Shown: positions 38,725 to 48,070 of the stretch, piece by piece
Layout of the letters: the number at the start of each line of letters is the position of its first letter
Position numbering within the stretch: the first letter of the stretch is position 1
NCBI GenBank assembly: GCA_039591655.1
Contig: JBDHDE010000002.1
Location: 32,001-96,000 of the forward strand
Direction: 5' to 3'
DNA: 64,000 bases
DNA from: Gemmatimonadota bacterium
GTDB taxonomy: Bacteria > Gemmatimonadota > Gemmatimonadetes > Gemmatimonadales > GWC2-71-9
The notes under the pieces: model-generated
Databases searched by the model: none
The model's input: the letters and a program-made list of their open reading frames with translations, nothing else
Told to the model about the DNA's origin: nothing
Program-made: the position numbers and the translations under genes

Positions 38725-40326
38725 CTAAGGCTCGGCCACCTCCCCCTGCTTCGCCGCCTCCACCATCGCCGCCACGTCGGCGAGCAGCCGCCGGGCGTCG
38801 TAGATGATGCCGTCCTTGACGGTGTACCTCACCCCACCCACGCGCTCGACCGCACCGGTCTCGTCGTTCAGGCGCTGCGTGCCGGTGCCGTAGAGCACCT
38901 TGAGGTTGTGGATCGGGTTCTCCTCCACCACCACCAGGTCGGCCAGCATGCCGGGGCGGACGATGCCGAACTCGATGGGCTCTCCCTTGGGCTCGTGGAT
39001 TGCCTGGGCCCCGTACAGCGTGGCCGACCGGATCACCTCCAGCGGGTGGAAGCCCGCCTCCTGCAGCAGCTCGAGCTCCCGCACGTAGCCGAACCCGTAC
39101 AGCTTGTAGATGAACCCGGCGTCGGAACCGGTGGTAACCCGCCCCCCGCGGTTCTTGTACTCGTTCAGGAACGCCATCCAGAGCCGGAAGTTCCGCTTCC
39201 AGGCGATCTCGTCCTGCGTGGTCCAGTCGAACCAGAAGGAGCCGTGGCTCTCCCGGCTGGGTTGGTAGAAGCTCCACAAGTAAGGGAGCGTGTAGGTATC
39301 GTGCCACTCCGCCCGGCGGGCGCGCATCACGTCCCTGCTCGCCTCGTAGATCGTCATCGTCGGATCGATTACGAAGCGCAGGGCGAGAAGCTCGTCCATC
39401 ACGGCGCTCCACTTCTCGCTTCCCGGGGGGGCCGCCTGTTCCCAGAGCCGGCCTGCCTGCCCGAAGCGGTGGTACTCGTCGTTGTAGTTGTAGTCGTCGG
39501 GGAAGTCCTGCACCGTCCGGTCGTCGAACATCGCCTCAGGAAGCCCGTACCAGTGTTCCATAGTGGTGAGGCCGAGCCGTGCGGCGTCCAGCACGTTCAT
39601 CCGGGCCACCCCCATCTGGCCCAGATGGGCGGCCGCTCCCATGCCGCGCTCCCGAGCTTCGTCGATGAGAGCCTCCATGATCACCGGCTCGTAGGAGACC
39701 AGCTTGAGGCCGTCCACGCCCTCGCCCGCGGCCCAACGCACCCAAGCGCGGGCGGCGTCGGGCGTCCGGACGGGGCCGTCGTCCCAGCCGGCACCCGGGC
39801 GCGCGTACACGAAGATACGTGGCGCCACGATGGCGTTCTCGGCAGAGCGGGCTTGCTCGTGGAGGGTCCACTCGATGCCGTTGCCAGATCCGGGCTCCCG
39901 GATCGCGGTGATCCCGTGCGCCAGCCAGAGCTTGTAGACGTACTCGGCGGGGGCGCCCTGCGAGGCCCCGCCGATATGGGCGTGTAGATCCACGAAGCCC
40001 GGCAGCAGGTACATCCCGTGGGCATCCAGCTCCCGCGTCGCGTCCTGCGGGCGCCGTTCCTCATCGATGGCGGCGCCCGGCACACCCACGCTGCGTACCG
40101 TGACGATGCGGTTCCCCTCAATGACGATGTCCATGGGGCCGCGGGGCGGGGCCCCGGTGCCGTCCACCACGGTGACACCTCGGATGATGAGACGCTCGAA
40201 CGGCCCGTCACCCTCGCCCGCTGCCCGGTCGGGCCCAGGGGCCACCGACTCCTGTGCCGCCACCGGACCAGCGCTTGCCACGAGCAGCGCCGCACCCGCC
40301 AGAAGTAGCCAGCGTACCGTGTGCAT
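38725..40326 (-). CDS. Secreted amidohydrolase-superfamily metallo-hydrolase
   Basis: Signal peptide; PGFVDLHAH, EHWY, GSDAG, SATLYGA and G.VRPG.LADLVVV motifs. Confidence 0.85.
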   Translation of the reverse strand: MHTVRWLLLAGAALLVASAGPVAAQESVAPGPDRAAGEGDGPFERLIIRGVTVVDGTGAPPRGPMDIVIEGNRIVTVRSVGVPGAAIDEERRPQDATRELDAHGMYLLPGFVDLHAHIGGASQGAPAEYVYKLWLAHGITAIREPGSGNGIEWTLHEQARSAENAIVAPRIFVYARPGAGWDDGPVRTPDAARAWVRWAAGEGVDGLKLVSYEPVIMEALIDEARERGMGAAAHLGQMGVARMNVLDAARLGLTTMEHWYGLPEAMFDDRTVQDFPDDYNYNDEYHRFGQAGRLWEQAAPPGSEKWSAVMDELLALRFVIDPTMTIYEASRDVMRARRAEWHDTYTLPYLWSFYQPSRESHGSFWFDWTTQDEIAWKRNFRLWMAFLNEYKNRGGRVTTGSDAGFIYKLYGFGYVRELELLQEAGFHPLEVIRSATLYGAQAIHEPKGEPIEFGIVRPGMLADLVVVEENPIHNLKVLYGTGTQRLNDETGAVERVGGVRYTVKDGIIYDARRLLADVAAMVEAAKQGEVAEP

Positions 40327-40488
40327 CTTGACCCTTGCTCCCGGCGCCATCGCCAATGCGCGCCTCATGGTCTGCTCCTTCTTGGTGGCATCAACGAGAA
40401 CCGCGTGAAAGGACCTCTAACGAAACCGGGATTCGACACGGCCGCAAGTTCGCGGTATACGTACGGGGGGCCGTGACCACCCCGCATC

Positions 40489-41295
40489 ATGACCGGCGAT
40501 CTGACTATTCGAGACCTGTCCACCCCGGGCGACTACGAGCAGTGCGTCGCGCTGCAGCGCGACACCTGGGGCGACGATTTCCGGGAGCTGGCTCCTCCGG
40601 CGCTGCTCCAGATCGCGCAGAAGGTCGGTGGCCTGGCGGTCGGCGCGTTTGACGCCGCAGGGAGCCTAGTGGGTTTCATCTTCGGGCTCACGGGGGTGCG
40701 TGAGGGACAGCTCACGCACTGGTCACACATGCTCGCCGTGCGGGAGGACGCCAGGGACCAGGGACTGGGCCGGCAACTCAAGATGCACCAACGCGAGCGC
40801 CTCCGAACGCTGGGCGTGCGCCGCATCCAGTGGTCATACGACCCGCTGGTGGCCCGGAACGCGAACCTCAACCTCAACGGGTTGCGCGTTAGCGTCCTCC
40901 AATACGTGCGCGACATGTACGGCGAGAATCCCCTGAGCAAGACCGACAGCGTGATCGGCACGGACCGGCTCGTCGTGGAGTGGATCATCGCGGCACCACA
41001 GGCGCCGCCGGTGCCGGCGCCGGTTCCGTCCGTGGCCACTCCCGTGGTGTCGCCAGGCACCCAGGGAGAGGACCCTGCCCTGCCCGATGCGGCGGAGGTT
41101 CTCGTCGAGATCCCATGGGACATCCAGGCGCTCAAGCGCAGCGACCCAGACGCGGCGGTGGCGTGGCGCACCAGTACCAGGAGAGCCCTGGAGCACTACC
41201 TCGGGCGCGGATACCACATCGCGGGGTTCAGTCGTGAGCCCGACGCGTCACGCTGCTACTACGTGATCCGTGGACGGGGATCCGGCGATGACTGA
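40489..41295 (+). CDS. GNAT family acyltransferase (probable D-amino acid N-succinyltransferase)
   Basis: WSHMLAV..RDQGLG..LK..QR, WSYDPL..NA.LN and TDRL.VEW pattern; overlaps the OSBS/NSAR gene. Confidence 0.85.
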   Translation: MTGDLTIRDLSTPGDYEQCVALQRDTWGDDFRELAPPALLQIAQKVGGLAVGAFDAAGSLVGFIFGLTGVREGQLTHWSHMLAVREDARDQGLGRQLKMHQRERLRTLGVRRIQWSYDPLVARNANLNLNGLRVSVLQYVRDMYGENPLSKTDSVIGTDRLVVEWIIAAPQAPPVPAPVPSVATPVVSPGTQGEDPALPDAAEVLVEIPWDIQALKRSDPDAAVAWRTSTRRALEHYLGRGYHIAGFSREPDASRCYYVIRGRGSGDD

Positions 41296-42421
41296 GCTCA
41301 GCCGGCTCACGCTGCGCGAGATTCGTCTCGCCCTACGGGAGCCCTTTCGGATCTCCTCCGGCACGAGCCAGGATCGGCGTATTCTGCTGGTGGAGCTGTA
41401 CGACGTTGACGGCGTCACGGGCTGGGGGGAGTGCGTGGCAGGCGAGACCCCCCACTACTCCCCCGAGACCGTGGACACGGCCTGGCTCGCCATACAGCGG
41501 TGGATCGCTCCACTGGCGTTGGATCGGGCCTTCGACGAGCCCGCGGAGCTGTACCGCACGCTGGCCACCTCGATTCGGGGACACCACATGGCCCGGGCCG
41601 CCGTCGAGATGGCAGCCTGGGACCTCACCGCGCGGAGGCAGGGGCTCTCCTTGGCCGAGCTCCTCGGCGGTACCCGGGAGCGGGTCGCCACAGGCATCTC
41701 CCTCGGAATCCAGCCCGATCCCGCCCGACTGGCGGAGCAGGCGCACGCGGCCGTGCAGGAGGGCTACCGCCGCATCAAGCTCAAGATCGCACCGGGCCTC
41801 GACCTGCCGTACGTGGAAGCGGTGCGAGCGGCGCTGCGCCCGGATACTCCCCTCAGCGTGGACGCCAACGGCGCCTACACCCCGGACGATACCGGGATCC
41901 TCCAACGCCTCGACGCGTTCGGGCTGGTGATGCTGGAGCAGCCCCTGGCCCCCGGCGACCTGGTGAGGCACGCGGCCCTGCAGCGCGCACTGTCCACGCC
42001 CATCTGTTTGGACGAGTCCATCACCGACCCGGATCGGGCGTCGGACATGGTGTCGCTGGGCAGCGGCAAGGTGATCAACATCAAGCCGGGTCGCGTGGGC
42101 GGGTTCACGGCAGCACGGGAGATCCACGACCTGGCGGCGGCGCACGGCATTCCCGTCTGGTGCGGCGGGATGCTCGAGAGCGGAGTGGGTCGGGCCCACA
42201 ACGTCGCCCTCGCTTCCCTGCCCAACTTCGAGCTGGCAGGGGACCTCAGCCCCAGCCGTCGCTATTGGGACCGGGACATCGTTGTGCCGGAGTGGGAGAT
42301 GGAAGACGGCATGATCACGGTCCCGTCCCAGGAGCCTGGCATGGGCGTCGAGGTCGACGTCGATTTCCTCGCGCACTGCACCGAGCGCTCAGAGACGATG
42401 TCCGCCGGGAGCGCACCGTGA
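41288..42421 (+). CDS. menC: Enolase-superfamily NSAR/OSBS enzyme (N-succinylamino acid racemase; usually annotated menC)
   Basis: IKLKI, DANGAY, EQP, DES, NIKPGRVGG and WCGGMLES motifs. Confidence 0.88.
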   Translation: MTELSRLTLREIRLALREPFRISSGTSQDRRILLVELYDVDGVTGWGECVAGETPHYSPETVDTAWLAIQRWIAPLALDRAFDEPAELYRTLATSIRGHHMARAAVEMAAWDLTARRQGLSLAELLGGTRERVATGISLGIQPDPARLAEQAHAAVQEGYRRIKLKIAPGLDLPYVEAVRAALRPDTPLSVDANGAYTPDDTGILQRLDAFGLVMLEQPLAPGDLVRHAALQRALSTPICLDESITDPDRASDMVSLGSGKVINIKPGRVGGFTAAREIHDLAAAHGIPVWCGGMLESGVGRAHNVALASLPNFELAGDLSPSRRYWDRDIVVPEWEMEDGMITVPSQEPGMGVEVDVDFLAHCTERSETMSAGSAP

Positions 42422-43590
42422 TCCCGATGGTCGACCGGGAGCTGTTTCAGCGCCTGGTGGCACTGCGCCGGGATCTCCACCGTCACCCCGAGCTCTCCTG
42501 GCACGAGACGCGCACGGCGGAGCAGGTGTGTCGTGTCCTCGACCGGCTGGGGATCGAATACCGGCGCGGGGTCGCGGAGACGGGGGTGGTCGCCGATCTC
42601 CCCGGCCCGCCCGACGTTCCCGCAGTCGCGCTGCGCGCCGACATGGACGCGCTGCCCATCGAGGAAGAGACCGGCCTGAAGTACGCCTCGGTCCACGTCG
42701 GCGTCATGCACGCCTGCGGGCACGACGGCCACACCAGCATGCTGCTGGGCGCCGCCGAGCTCCTCAAGCGCGAGAGCACGTTGCCCTGCCCCGTGCGGCT
42801 CCTGTTCCAGCCGGCGGAGGAGACGGGATCGGGCGCCCGGGCGATGATCGAGGACGGCGCCCTCGACGGGGTCGGGATGATCTTCGGCGGACACCTCGAC
42901 GCGGCTTACGCCCCAGGCGAGATCGTCGTGGATCCGACGGCCGTCAACGCGTCCACCGATGAGTTCGTGATTCAGCTCTCAGGCCCGGGCGGTCACGCCG
43001 CTCGCCCGCACGAGACCGTGGACCCCATCGTTGCAGGGAGCCTGATCGTTGCGGCCCTGCAGACCATCGTGGCCCGATCGGTGCAGCCCAACCAGGTCGC
43101 CGTGGTCACCGTGGGACGCTTCGAGGCCGGCACGGCCGCCAACGTCATCGCTACCCAGGCGCGGCTCACCGGGACGCTGCGAGCGCTCGATGCCGCGGTC
43201 CGCACCCGGCTGGTCACGGCCGTACGCCAGGTAGCCGAGTCCACCGCGGCGGCGCAGGACGTCGAGGTCGAGGTCAACTTCACGGAGGGGACGCCGGCCG
43301 TGGTGAATGCGCCGGAGCCCACCGCGCTCGCCAGAGAGACCGCGGCAATCGTGGTCGGTGACGAGCGCGTGCTGCCGCTGCGTACACCGAACCTCGGGGG
43401 AGAGGACTTCGGCTTCTTCCTCCAGCACGTGCCCGGGTGCTACGTGCGGTTCGGCGCCCAGCCTTCCGGAGAGACCACTTTCCCCGCTCACTCCAGCCGC
43501 TTCGGCTTCGACGAGCAGGCCCTGGCAGTGGGAGCCGGCTACTTCTATCAGGTCGCTCTCGTTGCAGGCCGGAGGCTCAGGGAGGCATGA
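42418..43590 (+). CDS. M20 family amidohydrolase (probable L-desuccinylase)
   Basis: LHRHPELS, RADMDAL, MHACGHDGH, FQPAEE, GGHAARPH, EDF; start GTG 42418 or ATG 42427. Confidence 0.9.
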   Translation: MIPMVDRELFQRLVALRRDLHRHPELSWHETRTAEQVCRVLDRLGIEYRRGVAETGVVADLPGPPDVPAVALRADMDALPIEEETGLKYASVHVGVMHACGHDGHTSMLLGAAELLKRESTLPCPVRLLFQPAEETGSGARAMIEDGALDGVGMIFGGHLDAAYAPGEIVVDPTAVNASTDEFVIQLSGPGGHAARPHETVDPIVAGSLIVAALQTIVARSVQPNQVAVVTVGRFEAGTAANVIATQARLTGTLRALDAAVRTRLVTAVRQVAESTAAAQDVEVEVNFTEGTPAVVNAPEPTALARETAAIVVGDERVLPLRTPNLGGEDFGFFLQHVPGCYVRFGAQPSGETTFPAHSSRFGFDEQALAVGAGYFYQVALVAGRRLREA

Positions 43591-43606
43591 TGCGTCAGTA
43601 CGCGCC

Positions 43607-43879
43607 CTACGCGTCCTCAGCCGCTGTTACCGGGGCACTCTCCTCCCGCCGCTGGTAGGCCCGCTGCATCCGCCGTACCAAGACGATCCACACCAGCAGC
43701 CCTGCCGTGCCACCCAGCACGGCCCCACCGACCATCCAGAAGAGACCGTTGTCATCGGAGCGCAGACTCGGCACGAGGGCGCCCACCCAGCCGCCAAAAA
43801 ACGAAGCCGCCCACACCACCACGGGCGTGAGCAGCCAGCCGGCGATGTAGGCGAGCCGGCGCGGGGAACGGCGGTTCAC
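43607..43879 (-). CDS. Small hypothetical membrane protein (2 TM)
   Basis: GTGA-coupled to the upstream gene; two hydrophobic helices. Confidence 0.6.
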   Translation of the reverse strand: MNRRSPRRLAYIAGWLLTPVVVWAASFFGGWVGALVPSLRSDDNGLFWMVGGAVLGGTAGLLVWIVLVRRMQRAYQRREESAPVTAAEDA

Positions 43880-44490
43880 CGCCGCGCCAGTACCGCAGCC
43901 AGGGGCACGTGCAGCACCAGCGCCACCCCGTAGGCGAGCGCCACCACGGCGGCGTGGAACGGCGCCGGGGTCGCCAACACGAGGAGGGCCGTCACCATCA
44001 GCGCGATACCCACGGTGCCGGGCACAGTCTTCAGGAGCGCACTCTCTCGAGCACCGGCGGAGAGCGCCTCGATCCAGCCGCCCAGCCAGGCCAGCAGCGC
44101 CGCCAGGATCCACCACACCGGGATGTACCAGAAGCCACTTCCTCCCCCGATCTGATCCCAGGTCCAGTGATACAGTGCCAGCGGCCTGAGCAGGACGATG
44201 TCGAGCACAGTGAAAGCCAGGGCACCGAGCAGTCCAACCAGCGCCGCCCAGGCAATGGCGTCGGTGCTGCGGGGACGCACCCACAGCGCCGGCAGGAAGC
44301 TGCACAGCGCCGCCCCCACCAGTACCAGCAGCGACTGCACCACCGTCTCGGCTAGCCCCGTCATCACCCGAGACAGGAGCGCGAAGGCGGTCACGCCGAC
44401 CGCCATGAGAATCCCGAGCTTGATGCCCCCGCCGACGATGGTGCGGACGTCGGTCCGCTCCATTCCGGCGGTCTGGGCCACTGATGTCAT
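43876..44490 (-). CDS. Hypothetical polytopic membrane protein
   Basis: About 6 TM helices, loop YHWTWDQIGGGSGFWYIPVWW; TAAACT -10-like element upstream. Confidence 0.75.
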   Translation of the reverse strand: MTSVAQTAGMERTDVRTIVGGGIKLGILMAVGVTAFALLSRVMTGLAETVVQSLLVLVGAALCSFLPALWVRPRSTDAIAWAALVGLLGALAFTVLDIVLLRPLALYHWTWDQIGGGSGFWYIPVWWILAALLAWLGGWIEALSAGARESALLKTVPGTVGIALMVTALLVLATPAPFHAAVVALAYGVALVLHVPLAAVLARR

Positions 44491-44559
44491 GGGCGCGTCT
44501 TTCTCATTCGGGTGCTGAGCCGCATCAAGTTTACCCGCCCGGTCGCGGCCACACCACCG

Positions 44560-44793
44560 CTAGCCGTCGGTGCGCGGGCCACCGCGCATGGCCCCCACGC
44601 TGGAAAGGGTAGACACCAGGTACGGAACCAAGAGCGTGAGCCCCATCTTGAGCACCGCGCTGCGATCGACCGTGCCCGCCACGATGGCGTCACCCTGATT
44701 GATGGCTATCAGGATCGGTCCCACGATCACGGCGTAGACCAGCCCGCGGCGGACGACCTCGGGTCGTAGGGCCGTCCTAAGCCAGTCTCTCAC
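44560..44793 (-). CDS. nrtS: NrtS-like small membrane protein
   Basis: VG.IL.AINQGD and LT.LVPY.VST pattern; 77 aa; abuts the coaX stop. Confidence 0.7.
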   Translation of the reverse strand: MRDWLRTALRPEVVRRGLVYAVIVGPILIAINQGDAIVAGTVDRSAVLKMGLTLLVPYLVSTLSSVGAMRGGPRTDG

Positions 44794-45573
44794 TCACCAC
44801 TCCAGCCCCAGTCGTGACGCGGCCACCTTGAGCCCGAGTAGCGTGAGATGCGGCTCTACGGCTTCGATCTCCTGACAGAGGGGCGCCACCATATCGGCGA
44901 GGCCGCCCGTGGCCACGACATAGGGGGAATCCGCGCCGGGCCACTCGGCCTTGATGCGCCGCACTATCCCATCCACCGCATCGGCGGTCCCGAGCAGCAC
45001 ACCTGCACGGATGCACTCCTCGGTGCGGCGACCGATCACCCGCTCCGGAGGCACCAGTTCAGTGGCCGGGAGCTTCGCCGCCCGAAGCGCCAGATCCTCG
45101 GCCGCCGTCCTCATGCCAGGGGCGATAACGCCTCCCAAGAACGTCCCGTCCCCGGTGATGCAGTCGAACGTGGTCGCCGTGCCGAAGTCCACCACCACGG
45201 TGTCCCGTCCATAGAGCGCGGCGGCCGCGACGGTATTCACCACCCGGTCCGCCCCGACCGAGTGTGGCTCCTCCACGTCCAGCTTGATCTCCAGCGGCGA
45301 CTCCGGTCCCACCTGCACCGGGCTGAACCCCATGGCGAGCTCGATGCCCTCCGCCAGCCTCTCGGTCACGCCCGGGGCGACCGAAGCCTCCACTGCTGCC
45401 CGCACCTCATGCGGCGAGTGTCCGGCGTGGTTGAGGAACGACATCAGCATGGCGGCCCACTCATCGGGCGTGCGGTCCGTCACGGTCGTGAGCCGCCAAT
45501 GGGCGAGGAGCCGGTCGCCTGCGAACAGCCCCAGCGTTATCTCGGTGTTTCCGACGTCGGCGGTGAGTAGCAT
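44794..45573 (-). CDS. coaX: Type III pantothenate kinase
   Basis: DVGNT, GADR, VDFGTATT, GGVIAPG and ATGG motifs. Confidence 0.95.
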   Translation of the reverse strand: MLLTADVGNTEITLGLFAGDRLLAHWRLTTVTDRTPDEWAAMLMSFLNHAGHSPHEVRAAVEASVAPGVTERLAEGIELAMGFSPVQVGPESPLEIKLDVEEPHSVGADRVVNTVAAAALYGRDTVVVDFGTATTFDCITGDGTFLGGVIAPGMRTAAEDLALRAAKLPATELVPPERVIGRRTEECIRAGVLLGTADAVDGIVRRIKAEWPGADSPYVVATGGLADMVAPLCQEIEAVEPHLTLLGLKVAASRLGLEW

Positions 45574-45583
45574 GATCCGGTAA

Positions 45584-46558
45584 TCAGCGGATGCCGCGCA
45601 GCACGCCCTTCTGCCGGACGACGAGGACGGCAAAGGTGAGCACCGCCACGAGATGCGCGACGCCGAACTCCCAACCTCCGGCGCCTGCCGGTGCGGACTC
45701 GGTCGCCGCCGCCGCGTAGCGGATCGCGTCGGACCCTGCGAGAACCAGCGCGTAATAGAGACCGGAGACCAGGAGGGAGCCCGAGAGCACGTACAGGCAG
45801 CCCGCACCCATGGCACTCAGACCGGCCAGCCACCAGGGCGCCACGAACATCTGCGACCCGGCTCCCACCAGCATCCACCAGAGGGTGGCCACGGCGGCCG
45901 CGCCTGCGATGAGCATCAGCCCTGCCCGGTCGGGATGCCCTATCAGCAGGCGTCGAAACGCCAGCTCGGTAGTGACCAGCGCCGCCGCGGCACCCAGCGC
46001 CGTGAGGAACGCCAGCGTGCCCAGCGCCGTGCCCTGGCAAACCGGCGCATCCGGCAAGCCCCCCGTGCTCACGAGACACACGGCGTCACTGCCACCCCGC
46101 AAGATCAGGCCGACCAGTGCCAACCCCCAGGGCACCAGCCCGGCGCCCACCGCGGCGCCGAACCATGGGAGGTACTTACGCTGCTGAACGAACGCCCACG
46201 TGAACCCCCACGCCGCCACGCCGACGACCACCACGAGGGCCACACCGGGCTCGAGCCAGGCCACCAAGCCGGACGAAAGGGCCGGCCGCCCCACCACTAT
46301 CAGCAGACCGAACACGAGGGCAACCGCCACCACCGTTCCGGCGGAGAAGCGGGAGCGCCAAGGACCGTTGGGCCAGATGCTGATCGGGAGATGCATCCCC
46401 CGCAGGATGAACGCAGCCACGACCCCGACGCTGAGAGGCGCGACGGCATCACCGACGAGCCCGCGCAGCGTCTCGGTCTCGAGCATCCACCACGAGGCGA
46501 AGAGGAAGAGCACCGCCGCAGCGCCCCGCGCCCACAGCGGCAGATCACGCTGTAGCAA
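45584..46558 (-). CDS. Polytopic membrane protein, degenerate CPBP/Abi-like
   Basis: About 9-10 TM helices; TELAFR and LY..SGSL resemble CPBP motifs but lack the catalytic residues. Confidence 0.6.
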   Translation of the reverse strand: MLQRDLPLWARGAAAVLFLFASWWMLETETLRGLVGDAVAPLSVGVVAAFILRGMHLPISIWPNGPWRSRFSAGTVVAVALVFGLLIVVGRPALSSGLVAWLEPGVALVVVVGVAAWGFTWAFVQQRKYLPWFGAAVGAGLVPWGLALVGLILRGGSDAVCLVSTGGLPDAPVCQGTALGTLAFLTALGAAAALVTTELAFRRLLIGHPDRAGLMLIAGAAAVATLWWMLVGAGSQMFVAPWWLAGLSAMGAGCLYVLSGSLLVSGLYYALVLAGSDAIRYAAAATESAPAGAGGWEFGVAHLVAVLTFAVLVVRQKGVLRGIR

Positions 46559-47285
46559 CGCTGCCCCCTACGATCCGTTCCACACCGTCCTCCGTTTCCA
46601 CCAGCAGCGCCCCATCCGGCCCGACGCCCGACGCTCGGCCCTCGACGGGGCTACTCAGCCACCGCCCCCGCAACCAATCGCAATGCCGGAACGCATCCTG
46701 CTCGACGGCATCCAGCTGCGCAGCATCGGGCATCGCGTGGAGCCTCGGGACGAGCCGCTGGAGCACGTCCAACCGTGCGGTTCCCGCCCGCACGTCATCC
46801 AGTGCGACGGCACTCGTGCTCACTTCCGGGGGAACCCGGCCGTGCACGTTGAGGCCGATTCCCACCGCTACCCACCTCGGTCTCCCCTGAGCCCAGCGGG
46901 CCTCGCAGAGAATGCCTCCCAGCTTGCGATCCCGCACCACGACATCGTTGGGCCACTTGAGCCCGGCCTCGACACCGAGCTCGCCTAATGATTGCACCAC
47001 CGCTAGCCCGGCGCGCAATGCCACCAACCCGCTCTCCGCCGCCACCCGCGGTCTGGCCAGGTAGGCCAGCAGAATGCCGCTGCCCCGCTGGCTCTGCCAG
47101 CGGCGGCCATGTCGTCCCCGACCTTCCGCCTGCTCGTCCGCCAACACGACGGTGCCGGCCGGCGCTCCCTGTTCGGCGATCTCGTGAACCACGTCCAGGG
47201 TGCTAGCGACGCGGTCGAAGCACAGGCATCGCGGCGCGTCGAGGCGGATCGCCAGCTCCTCCGGCTCCAGCCCGTCGTAGCGCAT
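46545..47285 (-). CDS. birA: Biotin-protein ligase (no HTH, class I)
   Basis: Q.EGRGRHGRRW, LKWPND, KLGGILCE, GIGLNV; starts MRYDG. Confidence 0.93.
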   Translation of the reverse strand: MRYDGLEPEELAIRLDAPRCLCFDRVASTLDVVHEIAEQGAPAGTVVLADEQAEGRGRHGRRWQSQRGSGILLAYLARPRVAAESGLVALRAGLAVVQSLGELGVEAGLKWPNDVVVRDRKLGGILCEARWAQGRPRWVAVGIGLNVHGRVPPEVSTSAVALDDVRAGTARLDVLQRLVPRLHAMPDAAQLDAVEQDAFRHCDWLRGRWLSSPVEGRASGVGPDGALLVETEDGVERIVGGSVATA

Positions 47286-48070
47286 CACCCGACCAAGGCC
47301 CAGACGATCGTGCCACCGCCTATCGCCCAACAGTATGGTGCGAAGCGATGGAAGGCACCCCGGCGCAGCAGTACTATGAGAATCCGGATGGCCCACACGC
47401 CGGACACCAACGCGACCAGAAAACTCACCGCCAACGGGCCCACCGCCACCGGGGCACCATTGCCCGACAGATGCCCTACCTGAAGCGCCGCCGCACCCAC
47501 AATGGCCGGGATGGCCAGCAAGAAGGAGAACTCCGCGGCACGCACCGGGTCCGTCCCGTGCCACAGGCCGGCGGCCACCGTGGCCCCCGAGCGCGAGATA
47601 CCCGGCAGGATAGCAGCCGCCTGCGCCACCCCTATGCCCAGCGCGCCCGCTGCAGTAGGGGCCGTTCGCCCTTGCTGCGCGATTACCCACCGTGTGCTCC
47701 ACAGGATAAGCCCGGTCACCACGAAGTCCACCCCCACGACGAGCAGCGAGTCGAAAGCGCGCTCGAACACATCGGCCAGCACGAAGCCCACGATCCCGGC
47801 GGGAACGGAGGCGAGAGCCAGGAGTCCGATGTAGCGCCACGCCGTTGCCCGCCCCCCCACGGCGTCGCGGATGAGCCCCCAGATGCGCTGGGCGTACACC
47901 AGGACGACTGCGAGCAGCGTCGCGACGTGGAGCGCCACCTCCACCACTACGCCCGGCGTGGACAGGCCGATCGCCGCCTCAGCGACGACGAGGTGGCCCG
48001 AGCTCGAGATGGGAAGGAACTCGGTGAGACCCTGCACCAGCCCCAGGAGCAACCCCTGCCAGTAAGTCAC
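47285..48070 (-). CDS. uppP: Undecaprenyl-diphosphate phosphatase
   Basis: QGLTEFLPISSSGH, PGISRSG and EFSFLLAIP motifs. Confidence 0.95.
   Translation of the reverse strand: MTYWQGLLLGLVQGLTEFLPISSSGHLVVAEAAIGLSTPGVVVEVALHVATLLAVVLVYAQRIWGLIRDAVGGRATAWRYIGLLALASVPAGIVGFVLADVFERAFDSLLVVGVDFVVTGLILWSTRWVIAQQGRTAPTAAGALGIGVAQAAAILPGISRSGATVAAGLWHGTDPVRAAEFSFLLAIPAIVGAAALQVGHLSGNGAPVAVGPLAVSFLVALVSGVWAIRILIVLLRRGAFHRFAPYCWAIGGGTIVWALVG

Noticed and set aside
41431..42417. Apparent 719-aa ORF giving the M20 enzyme a long N-terminal extension
   Set aside because: The extension is an Arg/Gly/Pro-rich alternative frame of the NSAR gene; the real start is at 42418 or 42427
41288..42421. menC as evidence for the classical menaquinone pathway
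   Set aside because: mqnA, mqnC and mqnE are present, and the GNAT/M20 context points to racemase function
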